DNA of 64,000 nucleotides, from NCBI GenBank assembly GCA_009103225.1, contig RHPI01001010.1, positions 153,240 to 217,239 on the forward strand. The letters run 5' to 3'. The notes below the pieces were generated by a model that was not told where the DNA came from, made no database searches, and saw only the letters and a list, made by a program, of their open reading frames with translations. The number at the start of each line of letters is the position of its first letter. The stretch's first letter is position 1. Positions 12,896 through 26,886 of this stretch are shown piece by piece. A program made the translations under genes and the position numbers. Source of the DNA: Chlorokybus atmophyticus. Its lineage: Eukaryota; Plantae; Mesostigma and Chlorokybus algae.

Positions 12896-14808
12896 TCATT
12901 CGCAGGTGAAAGTCTGGCTCCCTTCCCACTCCTCGCCCGCCTTGAGAACGATAGGCGTGCCGATGGCGCCGGCCTCCACGCACAGGAACACCTTGTACTC
13001 CTCGTCGCCAAGGTCGGCCGTCGCCTTGGCCTTGTCAATCCAAGGGTTCCAAACCACTGCCGCAAGAAAGCAATATGACCGATTCAAAGTTGAAGCATTG
13101 AACGACAGTGTGATTGTATGATATTAAGTCACCTGCGTCGGGAAGGTTGCTCTTTGTGATGGTGATGGATCGCTTGTTGCCGCCGTCGGCGATGACAATT
13201 GTGTTTGGGGCGTTGAGGTAAATGCGATCAACCTGCGCATCATAATGCCGTGGTGTTGACTTACTGGAATCGCAACAAACTGCGCCAGGCATGATGTTGT
13301 AAAAGCACATGTGGCAACTAATGCAAATGTCTGTGCGCTTGCCTCGCGGTCGAAGATGAGAAAGTTGGACGACTCGCTCTTCTGCTGCCTCTTCTCCAAG
13401 TTGTCCAGGTAGGTGAGACCTTTAAGACCATGCACCTGAGCTTGGCTGCACAATTGGCATACTCAGTTTAGGACTAACAATGACACACGTGCACACACAT
13501 TCATGCATGCGCACATGCTTGTGTGTGCACGTGCCCACCCACTCACACGCGCACGCACGCACACATGTGAACGCACTTTGCCCACGCCATACCTACCTAA
13601 TGTCTGCAACGCGAAAGTATGTGTGCAGCGCGAATGTGAAAGAGAACTCGGAGTCGCCTGTGTTCTTGACTGAGACCGCCACATGCAGCGAGGAGGCGTC
13701 TTGCAAAGTGGCGGTTAACCTCACGTCCGCGCTGCAAGCAAATATACAACTGCCCTCAGGCAAACGCACACGTATGACTTTAAATCTGCAGTTGAGGATT
13801 GACGCTGTCTTCATGTCGCCCTGTTATGTATAGCACATGTGTGGCAACCGCTACGAGTGCCTAATGTTAACCTTCACGAAGCTTAAGTGTAGGTCGCTGC
13901 CTGTAAGCATGCACCACAGTAAATTTGCTTTGACAAAGCCCTTTCGTAAATCCAGCATGCTCTGCAGAAGCTTGCATGTACAACCGTATAACAACCATGC
14001 TTGGCTTTCTGACTTGGGGAGCCCATACCATGATGTGGAACCAATTATGCAATGGTTAGTCAACTGTGCGTGCAAGTGTGCGTGCGTGCTGCTGCCCCAC
14101 ACCTGTGCGGCCAGGCCTGCAGGTCCTCCACTGTTGGCTGCAAGCTCAGCACAGCGGAGTCACCACTGTGTGAAGCGACATTCCAGCTGCGGTTGCGCGC
14201 AAAGCCGTGCTGCGCCTTTAGGGAGCCCAAGTCGCTGAACTATACACATGCAGCCAACGAGGGTTTCATGCATGTCACCAACACCGCATTGCTAGTAACA
14301 AGCCTGAACTGACATGTAATCAACACACCGCACCTGTGGGAAGCACACTGGGATGCCGCCTCTTATGGCTTTGGGAGGCTTAAACACCGCCTGCAAGCGT
14401 CGAGTAACACATAAGCCAAATGTTTCCTCTGTTGTCCTATCTACCTTGCATGCAATGTCAAAGCATGGACAACTGAACAGCACAAAGCGTGTGAAATCCA
14501 CAGTCAATCACACCTCCTTGCTGGTGAAGATGATCTCGTCTCCAGCTGGCGTCGTCCACGCAGTCAAATGGGCGCCATGCAGAAAAACCTATTGCAACCA
14601 AATCAACAAGCAAGCAAGTAACTAAGCAGTCAGTTGTGCACAGGCATGTGTCGGTTGAGGCTTCAACTGTAAACTGCATGCAAGCGCACAGCATGCACAT
14701 CTTTCTCACCTTCGCGGAGGCGCCCGAGGCATGCTGGAGCGTCAGCTTTGGCAGGCCAGACGCCTGGTCCGTGACGACGGCGACGCTGGCAGCGGCGGCG
14801 TCCGCCAT
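12896..14808 (-). CDS. Glucose-6-phosphate 1-epimerase (aldose 1-epimerase family), multi-exon
   Basis: Motifs [107 protein letters not shown] across successive exons. Confidence 0.92.
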
Positions 14809-17639
14809 CCTGCCACGTGGAGACTGGCTGCCAGTGTCTACCCAAACTGGCTCTGATCACTGAACACACATTTGCATGCCCAAACTTTCCACATCAAGGG
14901 GCCCAGTGCCTCAGGTTACCACATCCAGCTTACAGGTAGCTCAAGGGGGACACACAGGGAACTTAGAGCGAGAGGTTGCAAGCCTTACCGGTAAAATGTG
15001 GTTTCTTGTTGAGATACATCATTTGCGTGCAATTTACATGCAAATACATCTTATCATAATCATTTACACAAGTGAAACCTGGTCCTTATTAATAAAAGCT
15101 ACATGTAAAGAGGGTCGATACAAAAGAAACGGGCCCAACAGCTAATGTGCCCCCCCCTCAAACCCGAGGCATCAATAAGATATGAGGAAGTATTGTGGAA
15201 ACGGGTGCATGTGACAACTTGCATACCGATACGTTGATCATCATGATGCAGGATTGATACAGTAATTACTTGACTTGAATTGGCATCACGTAATTATAAT
15301 CATCACACGATTTTTAACAAGTTTACAAAGTAAACACATACTTCATCTATGTTGTAAGCTTCATGGTGCTGATAACAACGGTGGTTGTGGTTACCACTCT
15401 CTTGCATGCGAAATTGAGGTGGTTATTATAGATAAGCTTTTTATTCCACTTACATAAAGGTTGACCTACTTTGAACGTGATGCATGTGCAAATATCAATG
15501 CAAATGGTGAAGACATGACTTGATATATTGCAAGTTGCATTATCGTGCTGATTATGTGTTAATAAATTGTGTGATACTTAATTATATCCGGTCATCACTT
15601 TATACGATGTTGCCGTATGTATTGCTCATAATGAACATTCATAAATTGTTGCAAACGACGAGTGAACATGTACATGTGGCATGTTCCGCAATGTGCAACG
15701 TGTAACTGCAAAAACGACAAATAGCGAAATTTGGACGTCGAAGACATCAATGTAATAACGGTATAACTACATGATTATATAAATTGGCAATTTATCTATG
15801 TAATTGTATGGTGCTCGTGTTGGTAAGCTTTGTCGCGAGTGTTGATATTGATGAGGTTCGCGCTCAACATATACAACATTGTCTCAACAAGTATTTATTT
15901 TATTTGCAAGAAATCATGTCAAGTTATTTGCTTGTTAAGCTTGCCTCAATGAGTAAGAACACGCTTATTGTACAAAAAGACGCATGCTTCAAAAAATACC
16001 CTTGTAATTTTTTCTTCGTATAACATAGCCAGTTAATCGTAGACATTGTTTTGCGTATATATGTCGAGTTATTGTAACAGACGCGCATCGAATCACATTA
16101 CATGTGGTCTGCATCTATCATAATATGTGACATCCTCATTCACTCACGTGCTCACAACAATTCACCTCATAAGCGACACCCTCAACCAACATATTTGCGA
16201 TATACTCGTTACGTAATGAGGGCACTGATTATGATGAACAGTGCTGATATGCAACTCCAAATGTTCCAACATGGCGCACGTCTTGAAGCGGCTCACGCTA
16301 TATATATGATTTGTTCCTTCTTTCTTGCGTAAAATATGTTGGATTTTAAAAACTCATTAAGTGGTTAATCGCGTTCATCCTCATTTAACTCTTACAGCAC
16401 AATTAAGGCATGTGCCTGGGTCATGCATCACAGGTGTGCGTACATGTGCATGTGTTTGTAAGAGTGCGCAATGCCGGAGCTGCCAAAGCCGCATAAGATC
16501 TCTTTTACCCACCAATGTTATTACCAAGCTTTGTGCCTTCCTCAATGTATTTGTCCTGGGTGTAAATGCGAGCCTCTAAGTTATAACTGCCACTTCGCAG
16601 GCTTTGAATGCAATACCGTGCTAAAATTTTGTGAATTGAATAGCGTTTACAAGATGATTTGCTGCCTTAATAGCATGCAAGTTTCATTAAACGCATGAGT
16701 TCATGCATATGATGAGGCTTGTAAAATTTTAAAACTTGTGTAGAGCTAGAGGCTGACCCACTGGTGCGTGCTACAAAAATACTTATATGCATCACGCGGC
16801 ATGCATATAAATACATACATATCATATTATGTAAGTACTTGAGTTTAAATTGCGTATGACTATCCATTTATTATGACATATGTACTGCTACGCAACACAA
16901 ATTCACGCAAATACATTGCAGTTCAACTTCAGGAGTCAACTTTATGGTTGAATCGGGAAGCTGACCCCGGTATTTCAGAGTTTATCAAAAAATCATGGTT
17001 GAAATCTGAAGTACAGCGGTCAACTTCAAGGCTTGAATCCTGAGGTCAAACTGCAGCAACATTTATGCATGAACTTATATTGCGTAGTGCTATGCTGCTT
17101 AGTTATTGTCATGATTGGTAATTATGCCCTATAATTATTAGTGTGGGAGCCTTATTGCATCGATTACTGAGATTAAAGAATTATACATAATAAAAAGCAT
17201 GCGTGTATATAAGGTCATAAATCAGAGCTTAATAGATGATGGCGTGCAGTTTAAAATGTCGGTATTTGGTACAAAATGAAAGGCCAAAAGAATCTTGTGC
17301 CGCTTTAGCAACAACGCACAAGTAATAGCTCATGCGTTGCCACGTATACAATGGCGCAATGCCACAATTTACAATGGAAGAGCACTTACAAAGCGCGTTT
17401 GCACTGCCTCAAAGTATCCAATAGCAATTACGATAATATTCTGCTACAATTGTTTGTTACCCCTTCATACAAAAAAAAGATTAAATATACTTTTGAAACA
17501 ATAAAAAAGACATTTAATTTTTGTACTCCTGAACCAAATGCAATATAAAGTTTTGTGACGCTAAAAAAAACCAATCATTAATGTATTAAATAAATTTGTC
17601 AGCTGTACAGTTGTATTTGAAATCATGCTTACCCGCATG

Positions 17640-17833
17640 CATGCACGAGATGCACAGCACGCACACATATACATATGTATATATACATAAATATATATGT
17701 GTGTGTGTACATATATGTATGTGTCTGTGTACATATATGTATATATAGCAAATATATGTATGTGTATTTATATATGTATGTGTCGATGTACATATACTAT
17801 GCAAGGCACACATATGTATGTATGTATGTATAC

Positions 17834-17877
<44 letters not shown>

Positions 17878-17910
17878 ATATATATATAAATACACATATA
17901 TAGATACACA
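17640..17910. repeat. (TA)n/(TATG)n/(CA)n compound microsatellite
   Basis: Directly visible low-complexity tract; the overlapping ORFs are YIYI/CVCV artefacts. Confidence 0.9.
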
Positions 17911-18938
17911 TAGTAAAGTAATTATGCATGGCCAACCGCAATGCGCATTTGCGTCCAACAGATGCTGACCAATGGTTTTGAAAGTGTTAGAAGGTTCTCT
18001 TTAACGCGGTTGTTCTGCCGGTGGCGTTATTAATCGCGCCATTTGTACGTCAAGCCCCACATCCGTCATAAGCTTCAACTCATTTATTTTGTTTTCCTTG
18101 CTGCTGAACATTGATAAGCATATTCAGCGTCATGCAATGGTGGTTGAACAAATGAGCAAGTCATGACACCATGTAATCTTTTGAGTATTAAGTTGGACTG
18201 TATCAAGCTTACATTGCTAACATTATCGACAACTCACAAGTATTGTTATCATCTACACGCATGAAATGGTCTTTGACGCAGATCGTTGTTGATATAGGCG
18301 TGGATACTAATGAACATAGTCTCCCAATGTCATTCTATCGTTGAAGCGCTTAAGCTGAACCGCATTAACATATTCGCCTGAAGTTGTGTAGGGAAACAGT
18401 ATATGTTATGCTGCTTGTGGTGTGTTGGGCATGGGTGTGCCTGGGGCTGGAGTTGTGTGAAGAAGTTGGTGGTCATCCTCTCCTCCCTTGGTGCACTGCT
18501 GCAACTTCCCCTGCACCGTGGTGCTGACAGCATTTTCGCTGTAAGTTCCTGGTGCGTGTGCATAAGTTTGCCAAGCCCCGATCAGCAAGTAAATAGTGGT
18601 ATCGTAACAGCGAGAAATGCATATCTTAAAGTATGTACTTTCAAAAATTTGTGCTCCACATCATAGTTGATTATATCACAAATAGTCGGAAGCGCTGTTA
18701 CCACCTCGAGATTGCACGCAACTACAGCATCCCCGTGAAGGAAATGTTATAGCTCACGCCACAGTATAACGTTTGCTAAATTACAGGTGACGTTATGCGC
18801 CGTCGTGTTTACTTACAACGTATCATTATGTGGCGTGCGCAAAATTTTTTGCGCGCGAGTTGCATAAGACGTTTACTACAAGGTGTGTGCAAATATTATG
18901 CAAAGCTTTGTATATAATATGATGGTGTGTACTACATA

Positions 18939-19115
18939 GCGTATTTTGTTGAAAACACCCCCTTGTTCCATCACCCTCATTGAAGGGGGGGGGGGGGGGG
19001 GGGNGTTGTTTGGCACCCCCCTTTTACAGCAATATGGTACCCTAATCAACACCCCCATTAATTCTTTTCCGGAGGGCTTAGTTTGTAAGAGGGGGTTTTA
19101 TTCGATAAAATACGG
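18939..19115. mobile_element. Small degenerate MITE-like element
   Basis: Imperfect ~25-bp terminal inverted repeats: left GCGTATTTTGTTGAAAACACCCCC, right (reverse complement) CCGTATTTTATCGAATAAAACCCCC. Non-coding, with an internal poly-G run and an N. TA is present on the left flank only. Confidence 0.45.
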
Positions 19116-19744
19116 CAGCAATTGTTGCATTCTAATTAGGGAAGATCTCGTAACGAAAATGGGAATGTACATTGCAGTTTAGCGCATCTTGGGTTATACA
19201 ACGGGTATGAGCAAAGGCTTACTATATCTTATGCCCAAGCAACGGCAATTGAGTAATTGTGTACTTGTTGACATGTGCGTTAGTGGCACAAGTTGCGCAC
19301 AACGTTGCAAGTTGGCGTTAAAATGCGCTTTGCCGGTCGCAGTTTTATGTGTACGACGTTTGCCAACCTTTCCCCAACATCTCTTCTGAACAACCTTGAA
19401 CCTGTGCTATTGTTTACTATTGCTCCCTCCAACAGCAATTAAGTAACTTAATTGGATAATAAAATAGAGATCAGCAAAGAACAACTGCGCCATGACTTGA
19501 CATAGCTTGTCTTTAGCGTGGGGCTGGGAATCAACCAGATTTTGGCTTCGTTTAACGAACCAATAAACATTATTTTAACAATAACATTGACAATTTGTTA
19601 CATTAACAGATGTTTGTAATGACAAACTGAATAGCCACATTTACGACCAAGCTTATTATAAACGAACATAAAATGAATACAAATGCGAAATCAAAGTTGT
19701 AACATATAGCTTCATAAACTTTAAGTTTATATTTTTGACACATA

Positions 19745-19802
19745 TACATGTATGTATCCATATATATATATATATACATATATATATACATATATATATA
19801 TG

Positions 19803-19833
<31 letters not shown>

Positions 19834-20330
19834 CCAAAGGATAGAGTACGTAGTTTATTTATATATATATATGCATTGTAACATTATTAAACAAGATTAT
19901 ACACATATGTTTATATGCAAACCTACGTTGTGCATGTGCCACATACACGCACACGCGTGTAAGAGCATATATATGTACATATATACACATATGTAGCTAA
20001 TTGTGCACATATACATTTATATGTTCATATGTATATGCGTCACGCATACGGTATGCGCGTGTGTGTCTATTGATACATGCGTGTACATATATGTATATGT
20101 GTGCGTTACACATACTTCATACACGCACACGCGTGTATGAGCATATATATGTACATAGATACGCATATGTAGCTAAACGTGCACATATACATTAATATGT
20201 TTATATGTATATGCATATGCGTGTGCGTGTATATAAATACATGCACAAATATACATATATATATATATATGTGTATATATATATGTATATATGTATATGT
20301 ATATCTGTGCGTTACACATACTTCAGACAA
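19745..20330. repeat. (TA)n/(CA)n compound microsatellite region
   Basis: Directly visible low-complexity tract. Confidence 0.9.
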
Positions 20331-21475
20331 CGTATCCTTGAAGTTTGTGTTTATATAAGCTTAGTTGAATTGGTCGAGTTGAGCCAATTAAGATTGAAGC
20401 TGCTTGAAAACAATGCTATCACAATATGCGTCTAAATTGAATAATTGTGACACTGCCATATTTAGTTGGTTACCACGTTATCACTCTGCATAACCAACAA
20501 GTTATGTTGTTTTTGAGCATACTCGGTTACCTAACTGCACAACTTCAGAAATAACTAACAAAGAACTACACATTACATTAACAAAAGTAGGTACCTAACA
20601 TAATTGGCAGTTCCCAGCCCTACTTGAGCGGCATGAGTTTCACGCAGTTCATGTCATGCGTGTGATCGCCGTAACGCAAAGACAGCTTCACGCTGACGTC
20701 AGAAAACCTTGTCCGGCGCAGATATTGTCGATTATTGACACATGTTGACGGACCATTGGCGCTGCTGACGATTCATGACGCGCAAGCAAACAAAATCAAA
20801 CCTGCTGAGCAGTGCTGACAGGCCCACTGCAAACCTGCTAACTGAACAAATGCCTCCAGCTCTTGGTCATGATGCACCACGACTCGTGCGTGAGTTAGGG
20901 TAAGTGTATCCAACTTCGGTCATTTAGTAATTTCGGACGATGCTGTTGACCGCGCTCGGCCATGCCCGTTAGCAGTGAGCAACACTGTTTTTGTGACCTG
21001 CAAGTGACGCTGCCGTATCAATTGTGGTGGGAAGAGCATTTATCGGTATCGCGCGCTGCAACTGGCGGCTATATCTGAAGGTGTCCAAACTTGAGGCTGT
21101 GCTGCCGCCGTTCTGTGCCAGGCCATAGCCGGCGCCACATCGCTCCAAACAAACCACGCATTGGACAGCAAGTTGCGCCGTTTCATGTAGATAGTTTTTC
21201 AATTTAATGGCACCCTCAATGGTGGTGTATACCGTTCAGTCGAACCTTGTCGGCAAAAGTGTCCGAAGAATGGTGCACTCACCTATGACGCTGCGTCGAT
21301 TGGGCTGGCTGCGGACTTGAAAACTTGTCAAGTCCTCAACTGTGCTGCTGGCATTGAATTCCGTTGCAGCGTCATGAGAGAGTGCCACTCTGCTTGGCGG
21401 CAAACGCCAGCGTTGTGTGGTTAGGGTTTGGGGCCGGCGGTGTCGCTGGCGGTGTCGTTGGCGTCAGGGGTCAGC

Positions 21476-22434
21476 ATGGCGGGGACCGCCGCGGCTGCGG
21501 CCGTCCTCGCCGCCTGCGTCTCGTCCGCCGCATCGTCTGCGTTCAGGCCAGGTCCCGCAGGAGGAGCGCCCAACCTGGGGCCGCCTCAGGGCGGGCCGGC
21601 GCCAGGGGCCTCTCTCGCAGGCGCTGCTACTGAGCGGCGGTCCAGCCGGCGGCGCCCCCTTGCTGGCGCATATCTTTTTGCCTGCATCTCCTCCTCATCC
21701 TCCTCTTCATCAGCTGCCGTCGCCACTGCTGACGGCGCTCAGGCCTCTGTCATGCCTCCCCCTGCCAAGCACCTCCAGGCAAGCTAGGGTCTGGTCGTAG
21801 TCGTAGTCGTAGTCCTTGTGGTTGTCGCTTGCGCTAATAAGCGTCGTCACTGCAGGTGCGGGGTGACCCGGAGACGCTGGTGGTGCCGTCGTGCTCGTTG
21901 AGGAGCAGAGGCCGCAGGAGGAGACGCAGCGGGGGCGGCGGCGGCGCGGGCGACGACGGGGGAGGCCCCGAATACGAGGGCGGCGGTGGCTGGGGCAGTG
22001 GCTCTTCCGGCTGGAACAGTGGCGGGGGATCCGGCGGTTGGGGCCACAGTTGGGGTTCGGGCGAACCTGCGTATGGCGACTGGAACACAGGTACACGCCT
22101 CTACCAGCCCGCTGTTTCGCACAGTTCTAAAACAAGCAATTCATTTTGAGTTTTGTGAACAAGGAGGCCTCCACTGCATGATGGTTCTCTCGCAGCAGTT
22201 CTTCACTTACTTCTGTTGCTGACTGGTTAATGTCAATATGCAGGTGCGCAGGGGTTTGTGTACAGAGCATTGTGCTGGCTGTCGCTTTCGCGCTGCGTGC
22301 AGTTTGTGTTAGGGGAGTTTGTGCATGTGCACAGCAAGCTTAGCTTAGGCGTTGGAGACGCACACAAGCCGCACCACCCCCCGCGCATCCGCCCACACAT
22401 CCACCAAGCGGAGCAGCCCATTGCCTGTGCATGA
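21476..22434 (+). CDS. Glycine-rich, probably plastid-targeted uncharacterised plant protein; 3 exons
   Basis: Exon 1 (Ala/Ser-rich, to 21778; an in-frame upstream TTG at 21428 is less likely as start), GC-AG intron, exon 21856-22090 (RRRRRSGGGGGAGDDGGG...GGWG), and exon 22244-22434 with GFVYRALCWLSLSRCVQFVL. The last motif resembles, from memory, the FVYEVLCWIALSNCxHF motif of a land-plant glycine-rich protein family. Confidence 0.7.
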
Positions 22435-22998
22435 GCACCTGCCGCACCCTTCACTCCTGGTTGGTCGCGTGCATGGGGCATCATTTAAAAAAGGAGACAT
22501 GCAATGTCACTGCCTCCTCAGGTGCCAAGCCCAGCACGCAGTTGCACCACCTTGTAGCTGTACATATGAACAGAATACGCACACATCACGGGTTGAGATA
22601 GTACATATTGTAAGCCTCTGCCTTTTGTAAATAGGGCCGCTCGCGGTGTTCAGCATTAGCATTGCTAGTGTTAGGGCAGGGCAAGGCCCCCTGCTTAGTT
22701 GTATTTGTGGTTCAGGTTGCTCCCATAATGGTTGCTTGGTAGCCACGACAGGTTCAGGATTGCACCTGCCATGCACACGCAAGTTGTAGCAGCACTTGGT
22801 GCATGCACTGTGGTTACACCAACTTAAGCAGAACTAAAAGCATCTGGTCATGCGCAAGGTCAGTGCAGGGTAGGGGCAGGATATGTATGGGAGTTCAGTC
22901 TAGTGTTGATATGACTGGCAGGTTTGGCACAGTATTGCACAGGCGCCTGTTTTTTATTCCATCACCAGTGCCGCCTATTGCTGCAATGAGCAAGGGGG

Positions 22999-23394
22999 CT
23001 TCCCACTCCTCGCCCGCCTTGAGAACGATAGGCGTGCCGATGGCGCCGGCCTCCACGCACAGGAACACCTTGTACTCCTCGTCGCCAAGGTCGGCCGTCG
23101 CCTTGGCCTTGTCAATCCAAGGGTTCCAAACCACTGCCGCAAGAAAGCAATATGACCGATTCAAAGTTGAAGCATTGAACGACAGTGTGATTGTATGATA
23201 TTAAGTCACCTGCGTCGGGAAGGTTGCTCTTTGTGATGGTGATGGATCGCTTGTTGCCGCCGTCGGCGATGACAATTGTGTTTGGGGCGTTGAGGTAAAT
23301 GCGATCAACCTGCGCATCATAATGCCGTGGTGTTGACTTACTGGAATCGCAACAAACTGCGCCAGGCATGATGTTGTAAAAGCACATGTGGCAA
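22999..23394 (-). pseudogene. Exact 396-bp duplicate of the 3' exons and introns of the G6P 1-epimerase gene (12922-13317)
   Basis: Base-identical by eye and ends at a single N (23395). Either a real fragment duplication or a gap-fill artefact. Confidence 0.6.
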
Positions 23395-25376
23395 NAGGGA
23401 GGGCTCTATGTACAGAATATGCGAGAGGGGTATGCCCATTCTGACCACACCATGCATGCACTCTGCAGCAAACACTCACCTCATTGCTACATACACGACC
23501 ACCGGGCTACCTACTCTACTCCTACACCTACATCTACGCCCCCCTGTTAGTCATGCATGCGCATACCAGCACACCCCTTTTGTACATGTTGCAGTCGTGG
23601 TTGCCTGCAGCAGCGCCACCTGATCAGCGGCCCATTTGTAGGAGCACCAGCGGTCACCACAGCAGCAGGACTCGGACTCCCCCTCCTCTCTCTCCCCCAC
23701 ACCCTCCCTCCCACCATCTTGACGCCCTGCCGTCCAGTAGACCGCAACTGCATCGCTGCAGCCAGAGTTAGGGTTTGCGCCCATTGGCGCGCAACATGCA
23801 GTCCTAAGCATGGTATGCAGCACATGATGGAGGTGAGTGTGGTTGTGGTTAAGTGTCCATGCATGTGTCGTGCATGTTGCATACATCACGTACATATTTT
23901 GTACACTGCTGTCGCTGCGCTGCTGTGTACACTGCGGTCCTTCACAAGGGCATTACAGGAATTGCTCCCCATGTACTTGCCGTTGCTGGCTTCCCTGTCA
24001 TGCATGGTGCTACTCAAGGCGGGCGAAAGCACTAAGGATATACCATACATGGTGCTCCCGGTCCAGCATCTACGATACATGAATCGCACACCAGTCTATC
24101 TTAATTATAAATCTATACATCATACATGCAGCCACACTGCTTCCACGTGCTCGCATCTCACACCACACTCGACACAATCACACTGAGCCTGAACGGCGAA
24201 CATACACCCTATGCCATAACATAGGGTAGTAGCCAGGCGCTCACCTGTATAGCATGTGCCAACCTGGGTTGCCACTGGCCATGTACTGTCTCATGTCACC
24301 ATACCAGGGCGTAGTGCGTGTTATACGCACTACGCCCAGAACATGCGAGAGGTGTATGCCCATTCAGACCACACCACGCATGCAACACTCTGCGGCAAAC
24401 ACTCACCTCGCTTGCTACATACACGACCACCGAGCTACCTACTCTACTACTCTCTGTGATTCGTATGCAGAGATGCCAATGAGTTCATCGGTCCTATTGA
24501 TGAGATCACTATGTCTACAAATGAGCAGGTAGAGAAGAGCAGCTTAGGTGCCCACATCGAGCAACAGTTATTGGCTGCCACAACTGGATTGCCATGGCCA
24601 CAGTAATGGTATCATTTATGGTGCAACACTTGGTGCATCATACAATACTTGAAGCTAACATAAAAGCCATAGTCATTCAAATAAGTGTTGCACCAGGAAA
24701 ATAAGTATCATCATATATCGACGTAGCAAGGCTACGGCTTGAGGAGCAAAGTCTGCGCACAATCTATGGTACACCCTGTATAAGCGAGGCATGGACGAAA
24801 AAATATGAGGAAGCTTGGCTTTAAATAAAATTTCCTTAAACGCGAACCAAGTATATGCGCACAACTTCAGCAACTGCGGAGAAGGGGGCCAAATCATGTG
24901 CGCATAACTCAGCAAGTAAATGTATGTGTAACAAAACTACTGGATGTCTCGCGCTTGCTCCAATACAGCGCACGTATGATTAATAAGTAGTGCACATGAT
25001 ATGCTATGCCATGTGGGATGTGTGCCATGAGCTTGCTCAAGCATTATGCCTGTTGCTACATATACGCTCGTGGGAAAACTAAGTGCAAACCATGAGCCCT
25101 AATGATCAAATTGAAGACTTTAACTCAGCAATCCCAAGGATTCAAGCCAAATGCAAAAAACATACAAGTATGACATTACTTGAGGGTCAAATCAAGACTT
25201 GGTCAAAAGTCAAAAAGCTAAAACCCTCAATTAGCAACGAGCAAGAAGGGCAACATGCAACTAACAGCATTGCCAACTTGCAGAGCATGGCTTGGGTGGT
25301 ATTGATATTGAGCACCTGTTTTTACTTGAAACTCCATGTCCATGAAGTTGCATGGCAATCTCTCCAACCCTAACCC

Positions 25377-25722
<346 letters not shown>

Positions 25723-26886
25723 NTGAATGACTGTTCCACACAATGGGCACAACCAAGTTATCATTGGCAATATCATGCACACGATATGCTAGCATGCGTA
25801 GCTGCCTACCCAGTACACATGTCTCAGAAGTGCATTTACCTATCAAGTTAAGCATGAGGGTTTCATGCATGTCACCAACATCCCATCGCGTCTTTATACA
25901 CCTACCTATCACTCTCACATCACATATTCATATAGTAAATAACTTCATTGCTAGTTAGTGAGGCCATATCGTTTACAAGCTTAAGCAGACCTGTCAGAAG
26001 CGCCTTCCATTTTGGTACTCCTGGTGGATTCATCGATTGCATGGAGCCCATGCATGGTGAATCGCAATCGGTATGCGCTATAAAAGCTGAGTAGTGAAGT
26101 GCTCAAGGACCTGCTCTCTCTTTACTATTACGAAAAGCGTGTGTTGCTGGCTACATAGCCATCTCCATGCCTACCGTCACAACACAACAGTACACTACAC
26201 AACACAACATCAGTCGCTGTCTATGCCGGCACGCATGGCAGCACTGCACTATACCACTGCAACGGCCAGCATGGCGCAAGTGCGGCATGCCTCCGCTGCA
26301 ATGTTATGAACCACCATTTGCATGCATCAACCACTGCGTGCCTCATAAATGCAGCATTCAGGAATTTGCTACAAGATGGACTTACACGCACACATATTGT
26401 ACACACTGTCCACTCTGCATGTTACATATGCTGAGCGAAGAACCCAAACCCAACCCTGTACAATGACTGTGTGTCAAGAATATAGAAGCAGCTGACAACG
26501 TCCTCTGCCATGCGCTAATTATACATGTAGCTATACACCACTTCCACAACTGTCCACGTGGCCAACGCTATACAACCTGCAAACCACAAGCCACAAGAAT
26601 GATATAAGCATGATACAAGCAACAAGAATGATAATAACCTGACCAACAGGCGTGCGATATCCCAAGCAATAACCATGCGTATCCTCAGATTTAGCAGGAT
26701 GCACATGGTTGGATTGTTACTATGCGCACTAGAGCAGCAAGCAGAAGGGAAGCGAGGCAGCTGCAAGTTAAAGCCCATGCAAGATCGCGTATTTCCAAGC
26801 AATGCCTAGCAACATCTGTGCATGCCAGGCATTGGCAAGCATTAGGCATTGTGTTGCACACAGCGTGCATGCGTCTGAGGCCATTA

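Noticed and set aside
24673-24915. Possible KDZ/CxC transposase fragment (IWPPSP...)
   Set aside because: Only a vague resemblance; no cysteine cluster or catalytic motifs.
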